IMG/VR virus record: IMGVR_UViG_3300011435_000001
Coordinates: 1 to 64,000 of that record
Direction: 5' to 3' (one strand)
Origin: a virus
Taxonomy: Duplodnaviria; Caudoviricetes
Length of the DNA: 64,000 nt
A model generated the notes under the pieces. The model had not been told where the DNA came from. It saw nothing but the letters and a program-made list of their open reading frames with translations, and searched no databases. Positions within the stretch are counted from its first letter, which is position 1, and every line of letters begins with the position of its first letter. This document shows positions 45,832-54,236 of this stretch, piece after piece. The position numbers and the translations under genes are program-made.

Positions 45832-46050
45832 TTAGAGGGAGAGGAAAAGGGAGTTGCCGAACGGCGTGAGGCGCGCGAGGTCGGCGACCAGCACGTATGC
45901 CACGCTGCGCTGCGCGTAGGACGCGAACCACTCGATGTGAACCCCTCCTCGGTCCACGCTGTAGACCTTGGCGCTGATGCTGTCGCCGTTGGGGGCGCTG
46001 AAGACCACACACTCTCCGACTTTGAAGGACCGGGACTTGTTTTTTGTCAT
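45832..46050 (-). CDS. Hypothetical early protein
   Basis: MTKNKSRSFKVGE...; promoter-proximal ATG. Confidence 0.55.
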   Translation of the reverse strand: MTKNKSRSFKVGECVVFSAPNGDSISAKVYSVDRGGVHIEWFASYAQRSVAYVLVADLARLTPFGNSLFLSL

Positions 46051-46055
46051 GCCGT

Positions 46056-46083
46056 AAACTACCACGGCGCGCGAAGAACGCAA
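46056..46083 (-). promoter_or_regulatory. sigma70-type promoter, leaderless
   Basis: TTGCGT-16-TAGTTT-5 nt-ATG. Confidence 0.6.
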
Positions 46084-46637
46084 GAAGGAAGAACTACTGA
46101 TTGGTAGACCGGGGATTCTCGGGTATCGTGTTGGCGAGGGCCTCTTCAATCGCGGCCCTGATTGCCCGCTGGTTCTCCCCGTCAATGCTGTCCCACCACT
46201 CGTCAAAACCTGCGTGGCCCTCGAGCACCTTCAACACCAGCTTGGTCAGTCTCTTGGCTTCGGTCATAACAGCAACTCCCTCACGTCCCCGTTCCAATAC
46301 ACCTTCTCGAACTCGGGGCAATCTTTGTTCGCACACCACAGGGCCTTGTCGCCGTCCCACCAGACGTGGGGCTTCCGGCACTTCTCGCACTTGAGCAGGC
46401 CGCAGTGTCGGGCGCGTGGCTCAGTGTCCTCGTCAGGTCCCAGTGGTGGTGGAGGAGGTGTCGGAGTTTCCATTTTCCTTTTTGGGTTTGGGTTTGGGTT
46501 TACCCCAGTCAATGGCGTCGTAGTTCTCGTGGAATTTTTTGTTGTCAGACACACGCGTCTTGCTGCCCTTGCCGGGTCCTCCCTGCATTCCGAAGTCGCG
46601 CTGTCTTCCCATCATGCCAGTGTTGGGCGGTGCCATA

Positions 46638-46844
46638 TCAAATGTCGTCTCCGTCGTAGTAGTCGTAAGGGTCGAGGTCGTCCGCGTTACGACCGTCCTT
46701 GCCGTCCTTACCCGGGACTCCCACTTGTCCGGGAAGTCCCATAGGCCCCGTGTCACCCTTCTCTCCCTTCGGACCACGACGACACAGCAGTCCTCCGGCA
46801 ATCAAGCCCAACAGAAAATTGCAGATGAATCCTTCGATGCTCAT
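46638..46844 (-). CDS. Membrane-anchored collagen-like peptide
   Basis: N-terminal TM, then about 10 Gly-X-Y triplets ([30 protein letters not shown]), then an acidic tail. Confidence 0.65.
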   Translation of the reverse strand: MSIEGFICNFLLGLIAGGLLCRRGPKGEKGDTGPMGLPGQVGVPGKDGKDGRNADDLDPYDYYDGDDI

Positions 46845-47329
46845 GATTTTGTTGCGTCGATGTCCTTCTGAGTCACCACCACGGGCGCGAAGACCGTCGG
46901 TGCCACCGCTTCACCAGCGAGGCCGGCTTCTTCCATTTGCTTCTGGCACTTGAAAAGGAAGTTGATGCCATCGCACACCATCTGTGCCGTCTCGGGCTGA
47001 CGGGTCGTGGCCAAGAAACCGGGCCGAGGTTCCTTGGTGGCATCGGGTTCAATGTTCACGCACACCACATACACTCCCGGGCGCGTGGGCTGGCTCACCC
47101 ACTCGCAGATAAGCCCGCTTGAAGGGAACGGGTAAAACTTCATGCCCTCCGCTTCCTTGTGTTGTTGTTCCGGAGAAACTTCAGTCTCCGTCTTCTTGTA
47201 GTCCGCTCCTTGCACCACCACCTTGTTGCTGGCGTGCTGCACGAACTGTGCCTTGATGTTGTCGATGTTCGCCGCAGTGGGGTGCAGCGGACGGTGTTTT
47301 CCGTTGTGGGTGTTGTTGGTGTTGCTCAT
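46841..47329 (-). CDS. Hypothetical protein
   Basis: 162-aa ORF, coupled. Confidence 0.55.
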   Translation of the reverse strand: MSNTNNTHNGKHRPLHPTAANIDNIKAQFVQHASNKVVVQGADYKKTETEVSPEQQHKEAEGMKFYPFPSSGLICEWVSQPTRPGVYVVCVNIEPDATKEPRPGFLATTRQPETAQMVCDGINFLFKCQKQMEEAGLAGEAVAPTVFAPVVVTQKDIDATKS

Positions 47330-47498
47330 GGTTTTGTGATGAGGGCTCTTTGGTTTTCTGCTGCGATGTCCCCGCATTGCGCGAGTCTATATTTTCTGAG
47401 CGAGGCGAGGGCTGCCTTCTCTCCCGGAGTCAGGCCAAGCCTCTCCACCCTTCGCTCATTGGCTTCCTCTTTCGCCTTGATGCTGCGTGACATTGCGC

Positions 47499-48428
47499 TC
47501 ACAGTGATGGTGGTCTTTCGTTGGTGAGTTTCTCAAGCGCAGCAGTGAGGCGCGCGCGTTCCTTCTCAATCTCCTGAATGAGTTTCTCCCCCTTGTCCCG
47601 AACGCTGACCACCGCGACTGCAACGGCGTTGTTGTATTCGTTCAAGCGTGCTGCGAACGGAGAGCCACTACGGCATTGAGGCACACGGGCCGAGGCGGCG
47701 CTACAAAAGTATTTGTGAGTAGTCTCAATCCTCTCCACCAAGCTGCCCGGTGTGGACCTATTGAATTGCTCGAGGTCCTTCTGCGCCTCACGCACACCCT
47801 CCACCCACGAGCGTAGACGCCAGTCATCCTTCTCCCTCGCGTGCTTCTCGAAGGCGTCCAAGTCCAGCTCGGGCTTGTTTAGGTCACGGTGCTGCCACAA
47901 TTGAGCGCGGTGTTGCTCTATGAAGTCGTGCAGCTCAGCTCCCCAAGCGTCATCATTCTCGAGGCGCTCGAGTGGTGTTTGCTGCGCCATCTCTGCTGCG
48001 CTGAGGTATTCCTCGACTGAACCGTGCGAGAATGGAATGGACAGGAAAAACTTTTTGAGCAGCACCAGCTTCCAGAAGTCACACTCCAAGGCGCACTCTT
48101 CCTTGGTCGTGAATGAGGTGGACACAGGAAAACGTGATGCCGTGTTGGGCCCGGAGTCTTCGTTGACGCAGTGCTGTAGCCCACGCTTGGCCAGTTGCTC
48201 CTTCACCTCCGACGGTATCGTGTAGCCCCAGCAGTCCGCCTTGAACACACTGACTGGGCGGCCCTGCCGCATTGGCTCCTTGAAGGCATTGGAGCTTACA
48301 GAAAAGCGGAAGTGGAAGGGCGTCGCCTTGCTCGGATGAGAGTAGATATGTCGGTAACTTTGCACGCACTGAACATATGCGACGTAATGACCTCGCGTCA
48401 ACTTAGAGAGTTCTTTTTGTTGGTGCAA
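47499..48428 (-). CDS. Hypothetical protein (first gene of the - strand block)
   Basis: 309-aa ORF; start uncertain. Confidence 0.5.
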   Translation of the reverse strand: MHQQKELSKLTRGHYVAYVQCVQSYRHIYSHPSKATPFHFRFSVSSNAFKEPMRQGRPVSVFKADCWGYTIPSEVKEQLAKRGLQHCVNEDSGPNTASRFPVSTSFTTKEECALECDFWKLVLLKKFFLSIPFSHGSVEEYLSAAEMAQQTPLERLENDDAWGAELHDFIEQHRAQLWQHRDLNKPELDLDAFEKHAREKDDWRLRSWVEGVREAQKDLEQFNRSTPGSLVERIETTHKYFCSAASARVPQCRSGSPFAARLNEYNNAVAVAVVSVRDKGEKLIQEIEKERARLTAALEKLTNERPPSL

Positions 48429-48919
48429 GGCATGTCGCAGACACTGCTTGGAGAAGGAGGGTTTATTTTCCGGGGGAAAGGGCGTTGGTATTCGATGATT
48501 ATCTTTTTACATATATCTTTATACACGAGTTAGTATATGTGTGTGTGTATAGGTGAACAGTGACGCCCAAATCCCCGGAAAATCTAGGGGCCTTGGGGCG
48601 CACAGACACAGGGGCGCGAAGATGGGGCTATGCCCCCTTTTAATTTTGGGGTGGCGTGTGAGACCCAAAAGGCGCAAAGGCGAACTGGATTGACATTCGC
48701 CGCTCACGCGGACCTATTGTGTGTGCCACTCGACACAAACGAACCGATGGACCCCGAGCAGCCCACCAGTGCTGCGGGCTCACCAGCCGAACAGGACAAG
48801 GAGGCCGCACTTTTCGAAGCGGCTCCAGCAATTGCCAAGCTGCTCTATCAGGAGAGCAAGAGGGTGCGGCGAATGGTGGCACGAAAGTTGTGGTGGCAGA
48901 ACAACAAGGGCCCCAAGAC

Positions 48920-49162
48920 ATGAGCGTGGAACCAATCCAGTGGGTCTTACTGTGCAAGATGAACGACGACCCCGCTGACCAATGGGAGGAATCAGTTCAC
49001 TCGCCCAAGGACGGATTTACAGACCGGTCTGTGGCGCTGAGAGCGTGCGCGAAGCTCAGGAAATACACTGAACAGTTTTTCTACTGCGTGGCGCCGCGAC
49101 ACAATTGCGAGACTTACCCGAAGACTGGGCTGCTCCGACTCAAGGCAGGATTTGAATCGTGA
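48920..49162 (+). CDS. Hypothetical protein
   Basis: MSVEPIQWVLL...; coupled to the next gene. Confidence 0.45.
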   Translation: MSVEPIQWVLLCKMNDDPADQWEESVHSPKDGFTDRSVALRACAKLRKYTEQFFYCVAPRHNCETYPKTGLLRLKAGFES

Positions 49163-49803
49163 AGCCAATCGACAAGAATAAGATTGACGTGGCTCAGGCT
49201 TTTCTCGTTTACATGGCCTGCGTCGGTGACACCGACAAGACAGCCGTGGCGCTCGACCTCGAGCCAGAGCAGGTGCGATTGCTTGCGGAGTCTGAGGGCT
49301 GGACAGATAAGATTCGGCGCGTGTCCCTCATGTCCAAGAGCGGCAAGCCCGGCGACTTCGAACGTGCAACCAATCGCGCGCTTGCGTTCGTGCAGGCTCA
49401 GTGTATCCGTGAGCAAGTCAATCGACTGTTGCGCGAGGTCACGAAGATGACCGACGACGAGCTGCTGAGCCGTGCGTGCGTTCGCACTCGCGATGGTGGA
49501 CAGCAAATCTCAGCCAAGTTTTTGGTGGACCTTGCGGGCGCAGCCGAGGCTTGCCATCGCATGGCTTACATGGCCTTGGGCGACACTGTGACTGAGCGAG
49601 CAGAGCGCGAAGGCGGAGGCACAGGCGGACCGAACAGCAACGACATGCACAGTGCAATTATTGCGCACCTAAGCAATCCCGGGCTCAACCCTGAGCCAGT
49701 AACGCAACGCCTTATCAACGAGGCAAATGCGGAGATACAGCGTAGGTCTACAGTAGAATCCCCACTCGATAAGTCGGGGATTGCTGAAGCAGAGGACCAG
49801 TGA
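49159..49803 (+). CDS. Possible terminase small subunit
   Basis: N-terminal HTH-like 'DKTAVALDLEPEQVRLLAESEGW' followed by helices; head of the late block; weak evidence. Confidence 0.35.
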   Translation: MKPIDKNKIDVAQAFLVYMACVGDTDKTAVALDLEPEQVRLLAESEGWTDKIRRVSLMSKSGKPGDFERATNRALAFVQAQCIREQVNRLLREVTKMTDDELLSRACVRTRDGGQQISAKFLVDLAGAAEACHRMAYMALGDTVTERAEREGGGTGGPNSNDMHSAIIAHLSNPGLNPEPVTQRLINEANAEIQRRSTVESPLDKSGIAEAEDQ

Positions 49804-50187
49804 GCGAACATCGAGCGCCTTAACTCGGCGCGTCGGTGCGCCAAAATGGCACAGTGCGTGATTCTCACGCATCCAGATTGGGTGAATACACCCAACTCCA
49901 GTTGGTCCGTTGGACCTCGCGTCCGTAAGGCACACAGGACCAGCAGCTTGCGGGCGCAAGAAGAGTGCCCACACTCGCAACAGAGGCTCTCGGCAAGATT
50001 TGCCTATCGGTTTCGAGGTCGCGAGGACCCCACCCGGCCCGGGGGAATCCGGGGGGAGGGGGTCGGCTCAGCAGTCGCCGCGCCATGAAAAAATATGCCT
50101 TCTCGTGACCTCTACGTCTTGACGCTACCGGAGTTCTACGACATGGGGGAAATCCCCCCTTTGACTCGACGTCTTCCCGCCCCACTC

Positions 50188-50215
50188 TTGACAACTTTCC
50201 GACCTGTGCGACATT
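50188..50215 (+). promoter_or_regulatory. sigma70-type promoter, leaderless
   Basis: TTGACA-16-(TGC)GACATT-5 nt-ATG (50221). Confidence 0.6.
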
Positions 50216-50220
50216 ACGTC

Positions 50221-50688
50221 ATGATAGAAAACTTCACCTACACCGACGGTGGCCGCCGGGCCGATAATTTTCACTTCGAGCGAAAAGACTGCACGGTCCG
50301 CGCTCTTGCCATCGCCTCAGACCAGCCCTATTCGTGGGCTCACGGAATTCTCAAATCTCTGGGTCGACCGACCGGCAAGGGCTTTCGCTTCTCCACCGCT
50401 GCCACTCACTTGGCCCTCACCGAGCACGCCCAACCGAAGCGCGGCTGTGGTCGCAGCCGTGTGAAAACAGCCATCAGGAAATACGCCAAGGGCCGTTTCA
50501 TCTTCCGCATCCGCGGCCACGTTTTCGCAGTGGTCGACGGAGTCATCCACGACAGTAGCGAACCCCGCACTCTCCTCAACTGCACGGTCACCGCTGTGTG
50601 GGAGTGGAATGGACTCGCGACTCCCCCAGTTGACACCGCGAAGGTTTCGTGCGACACTCTGCCATTGTTCACTGTGCCCGCAATATGA
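50221..50688 (+). CDS. Papain-fold (C39-like) peptidase-like phage protein
   Basis: 'DCTVRALAIA', 'RGHVFAVVDGVIHD' give a C-H-D triad. Confidence 0.65.
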   Translation: MIENFTYTDGGRRADNFHFERKDCTVRALAIASDQPYSWAHGILKSLGRPTGKGFRFSTAATHLALTEHAQPKRGCGRSRVKTAIRKYAKGRFIFRIRGHVFAVVDGVIHDSSEPRTLLNCTVTAVWEWNGLATPPVDTAKVSCDTLPLFTVPAI

Positions 50689-50945
50689 AAAAACTTTTCC
50701 TCACTCTTGCCCTCGCCCTCGCCGCATCGAGTGCGCCCGCCCTCCACGTGGAGTGGGACTTCGACGCGCGGTATCTTGACACACTGATTTACTGGAACGA
50801 CGAACACCGCAGGTGGGACCCGGTGCCGGGACCCTACGAGGTGCGCAACGGCAAGTATTTCATCCCGATTGTCGCCGACCAACCGTCGCGGCTCTATCGC
50901 GTGGCACGCGTCGACGGAACTCCGCAAGTAATCACATCTCCATGA
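50685..50945 (+). CDS. Small exported protein
   Basis: Signal peptide MKKLFLTLALALAASSAPA. Confidence 0.6.
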   Translation: MKKLFLTLALALAASSAPALHVEWDFDARYLDTLIYWNDEHRRWDPVPGPYEVRNGKYFIPIVADQPSRLYRVARVDGTPQVITSP

Positions 50946-51379
50946 AACTCCTCCCCCTCTCACTGCTTTTCGTTTGTCTGACTACGTGTGTGCTGTCGGC
51001 TGACGAGTCGTTGCCGGAGTTTAAGCGGCTCCCGCACTGGCGGCAGCACGAGAAGTGCCTGCCCTTTTCCTACGAGTGCTTGGAAGCGCTCCACGCCAAG
51101 GGGATTCCGGCAACGCAAATTTTTTACAAGTGGCAGCAGGCCGGGGAACACGGAGAAGATTCCGGGTTCCACGCCGCCGTGCTTTTCCAGCACAAGGGAA
51201 AGTTCTGGTTCATGGACAACACGCGCTTCGCTCCGCGCGAGGTCACGGCGAAGACGGACCACGGCTGCATTATGCAGACGCAACCGTCGAAGCTGGTGTT
51301 CATCACCCTCGTCGACCGTTGGGGGAACAAGCAACCAACGCGGCTGTTATCAGACCGATTCAGGAAGGCGGGAATATGA
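50942..51379 (+). CDS. Exported papain/transglutaminase-like protein
   Basis: Signal peptide; 'KCLPFS', 'FHAAVLF', 'FWFMDN'. Confidence 0.5.
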   Translation: MKLLPLSLLFVCLTTCVLSADESLPEFKRLPHWRQHEKCLPFSYECLEALHAKGIPATQIFYKWQQAGEHGEDSGFHAAVLFQHKGKFWFMDNTRFAPREVTAKTDHGCIMQTQPSKLVFITLVDRWGNKQPTRLLSDRFRKAGI

Positions 51380-51663
51380 CCAGCAAATCCATCATCCAAT
51401 CCTACGTCTATCCAGAGGGCAAGCCCGACACCGAGTGCTACATGGTCTCGACCATAGAGCGCGACAGCTCCGCTGCCGCACATGCGGGCACCTATTTCGA
51501 GACCATCGTTTGGAAGTGGGACACCAAGACGCGTCAGCGCGAGGACAAAATCTTGCTGGTGGAAAACAGCGTGAAAACGCTCACGCACCATCAGGTCATT
51601 TGTGAAACGATTTTCCTGCACGGTATTGAAAGGCTTTGCAGCCCCGAACTTGACAACCGCTGA
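51376..51663 (+). CDS. Hypothetical protein
   Basis: 'YMVSTIERD...YFETIVWKWD'. Confidence 0.55.
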   Translation: MTSKSIIQSYVYPEGKPDTECYMVSTIERDSSAAAHAGTYFETIVWKWDTKTRQREDKILLVENSVKTLTHHQVICETIFLHGIERLCSPELDNR

Positions 51664-51820
51664 ATCTGTGGCACCTTTCCTGCCAGATGAAAAAGCTGAA
51701 ACCCATCAAGGTGCGAAGACACTGGGGCACGCTCTCACCTGTGACCCGGGTCAAGCCGTCGGCGAAAATCTACAACCGAAAATCAACCAAGAATCAAAAC
51801 CAGTGAGAACACCAGACGAA

Positions 51821-52162
51821 ATGAGTGCGCGACTAGCGGCGCAGGAGGCCCACCGTGACTCCGCAGTAGAGACCCGCGTAAAAGAGCTGGCCCTCCAGTG
51901 GGTTGCCGCCCTCAACGACAGCGTGGAGAAGGCCTTCAACTCGGAGTGGCCTGTGGAGTCCGTCTCCGTCGCATCCAACCAGCTTGAGGTCGGCTCAACA
52001 AAGACGCCCTTTGAGGACGTGATAACGCTGGCTGCGGACCGTGTGACGTCGCACTTCCTAACCCAAAAGGGGACCCCCGGGTTCAACGCTTGGAAGCATG
52101 TAAGCAAATATGGCTGGGTTTCCGTTGAAGTGGTTTGGGGCACCCCGCCGAAAGCAACATGA
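51821..52162 (+). CDS. Hypothetical protein
   Basis: ORF coupled to the recombinase. Confidence 0.45.
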   Translation: MSARLAAQEAHRDSAVETRVKELALQWVAALNDSVEKAFNSEWPVESVSVASNQLEVGSTKTPFEDVITLAADRVTSHFLTQKGTPGFNAWKHVSKYGWVSVEVVWGTPPKAT

Positions 52163-52875
52163 AAGTTTTCGCCTACCTTCGCGTCAGCACCAAGGAACAA
52201 CTGGACGGCGGCGGATTTGAACGCCAGCTCGAGACCATCAAGTCACTCTGCGCGCACCGCGGCTGGACCATCGCCCGAGCCCCCTTCCGCGACCAGCAAA
52301 GTGGCGGGACGGAATTCGAAGGACGCGCCGGGCTGCAAGAAATTCTCGCCCTCGCTGGCGGGGACAACGCCCTCGGCATTGATACCGTCGTGGTGGAAAA
52401 CGCCTCTCGCATTGCGCGCGACCTGATGGTGCAGGAGATTTTTCTGAGTGAGTGCCGCAAGAGACAAATCAAAGTCGTAGCCGCCGACTGCGGCGAGGAA
52501 CTCGTCATGGCGGGTGCGGACCCCACGCGGGTTCTGATTCGACAGATTCTCGGTGCCTTGGCCCAGTGGGAAAAATCCCAGACCGTCTTGAAGCTGCAAG
52601 CGGGGCGGCGCAAGAAGGCGCGCGAGACTGGGGTGCCCTGCGGTGGTCCCGTGCCCTACGGAAAGAACCCCGGAGAACTGGCGGTCATTGCTGACATTTG
52701 GAAACTCCGCAAGGCGGGCAAGTCGATGCGAGACATCGCGAATAAAATGCAGGAACTCGGTTACCCGGCGCCCGCGGGAAAAAACTGGTATGGCGTCACG
52801 GTGCTACAGATTTTACGGCGCGAAGAGAACCGGCGCTCCGCTGAACTCAGGTTCTCAATGGACAACGACCAATGA
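52159..52875 (+). CDS. Serine recombinase (resolvase catalytic domain plus short recombinase-type C-terminus)
   Basis: 'AYLRVSTKEQ', 'RQL', 'SG...RAGL', 'VVENASRIARDL'. Confidence 0.9.
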   Translation: MKVFAYLRVSTKEQLDGGGFERQLETIKSLCAHRGWTIARAPFRDQQSGGTEFEGRAGLQEILALAGGDNALGIDTVVVENASRIARDLMVQEIFLSECRKRQIKVVAADCGEELVMAGADPTRVLIRQILGALAQWEKSQTVLKLQAGRRKKARETGVPCGGPVPYGKNPGELAVIADIWKLRKAGKSMRDIANKMQELGYPAPAGKNWYGVTVLQILRREENRRSAELRFSMDNDQ

Positions 52876-53038
52876 AGCCAGAGAACACCAAGACTGGTCC
52901 AGTGGAGTGGCCCGATGACCCGCTGGAAGTGGAGACGCCGCCGAACAAGAAGCGCTACCGCCGCGTGAAGAAGTCTGTGAAGAAGGGTGTGGTAGTGGTG
53001 CAGCCGCCGAAGACTGAGAAGTCTGACGAGATACTTTT

Positions 53039-53266
53039 ATGAGCCACGACGCCGCAAAACAAATCGTGCGCGAATACGACAGGCTGTGCAAGTCGAACGC
53101 GGCTTTCCGAGAGTTCGTGGAGTTCTGCCCGAGCGCCTCGATGGAGGAGAGTCTGGAAAGCTGGAAGTGGGTTTCCGCACTCATCGAGAAAGCGATTCAC
53201 CGGACGATTCGTGATTTGACGCAGCCGCCCGCGCCGCCTACACTGGGCAAACAGAAAGACCGATAG
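53039..53266 (+). CDS. Hypothetical protein
   Basis: 75-aa ORF. Confidence 0.45.
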   Translation: MSHDAAKQIVREYDRLCKSNAAFREFVEFCPSASMEESLESWKWVSALIEKAIHRTIRDLTQPPAPPTLGKQKDR

Positions 53267-53267
53267 C

Positions 53268-53546
53268 ATGAACGCAAAAATACTCACCGCTCCCAATGGC
53301 GTGCTCATTCGCGCCGACCACATCATCTCGGTGTCTCCGATTATACAGTCATCCGAACTGGGCACAGACGGCTTCGAGGTTTACGTCATCGGCTCGGAAG
53401 CACCTTACGTGTTCGCGGCGGAGTGGGCCCCGGATTGCATCAGCGAAAAGAAGCGCAAGGAGAAAACGGTGAATCTGCGGCAGGAGTTCGTGGATGCGTG
53501 GGCGGCGGCACTCGGCTGGGGGACCTTACCTTTTTCCAACAACTGA
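53268..53546 (+). CDS. Hypothetical protein
   Basis: 92-aa ORF. Confidence 0.5.
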   Translation: MNAKILTAPNGVLIRADHIISVSPIIQSSELGTDGFEVYVIGSEAPYVFAAEWAPDCISEKKRKEKTVNLRQEFVDAWAAALGWGTLPFSNN

Positions 53547-53550
53547 CGTC

Positions 53551-53790
53551 ATGTTTTCCCTCTCTGGAATCAAGCTAGCTAACCGCCCCAAGCAGGTCGC
53601 CAAGGCGCGACGCCTCGCCCGCGCGCTCAACGCGAGGGACAAGAAGCACCCGAAGAATTTTGAGAAGACGGGACGAGCAATCTGCGACGAACTGAACAGG
53701 AACGCGTCCCGGCGCGCGAAGGTTGTGTTCTACGCGGACACCCCAAAGCCCTACGACATCGAGGAGCTGAGGAAGACAAATTTTTCCTGA
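53551..53790 (+). CDS. Small basic hypothetical protein
   Basis: MFSLSGIKLANRPKQ... Confidence 0.45.
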   Translation: MFSLSGIKLANRPKQVAKARRLARALNARDKKHPKNFEKTGRAICDELNRNASRRAKVVFYADTPKPYDIEELRKTNFS

Positions 53791-53791
53791 G

Positions 53792-53821
53792 TTGACAGCG
53801 CACCAGTTCGCGCGATATGTT
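53792..53821 (+). promoter_or_regulatory. sigma70-type promoter for tRNA and ncRNA
   Basis: TTGACA-18-TATGTT, 24 nt upstream of the tRNA. Confidence 0.65.
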
Positions 53822-53844
53822 CAGGTGTAGTAGCTCTTTGAAAT

Positions 53845-53917
53845 TGCGGGGAGAATGGGATTCAAGTCAGTCTCATAAGCTGACCTCTGGTGGTTCGACT
53901 CCACCCCGCCGCAACCA
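53845..53917 (+). tRNA. tRNA with CAU anticodon (elongator Met or Ile2), atypical
   Basis: TCAGT-CTCATAA-GCTGA; GGTGG-TTCGACT-CCACC; A-CCA; acceptor with bulged G; shortened D arm. Confidence 0.8.
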
Positions 53918-53920
53918 ATT

Positions 53921-54224
53921 TGTCGGCGGAACCAGCAGCCTTTTCGGCAGCAATGGACTGCCGACAGAACAGTAGTCGAGACGGGGAGCGCGAAGTCGCG
54001 GACATCCCGCGCCCGAAAGGACGCATGGCCCCGAACCACCTCGGCAATCGCAGACGGCTCCTGCGTAATGAGAGCCGTGCAATTTTGACGCAACTCCAGC
54101 CAAAAGAGCCGACGCATCGCAACGCGAAGACCGGCAAGCGGGGAAGGTTAAGGAAGCGTTGACGGAAGATGGCTCAGCCGAGGGCTCGCGAAACCTGCGA
54201 TAGTGCGTCTCAAAAACCCCGCTT
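53921..54224 (+). ncRNA. Candidate ~300-nt structured non-coding RNA
   Basis: Several nested stems read by eye (see findings); no credible ORF. Confidence 0.55.
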
Positions 54225-54236
54225 ACTTTTGCACGC

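Noticed and set aside
52159-52875. IS607-family transposon
   Set aside because: No N-terminal MerR-type HTH and no TnpB neighbour
53921-54224. RNase P RNA, tmRNA, or theta/HDV-like ribozyme
   Set aside because: No GAGGAAAGUCC core, no CCA end or tag; the segment after the tRNA folds as a simple long hairpin and I could not build an HDV double pseudoknot by eye
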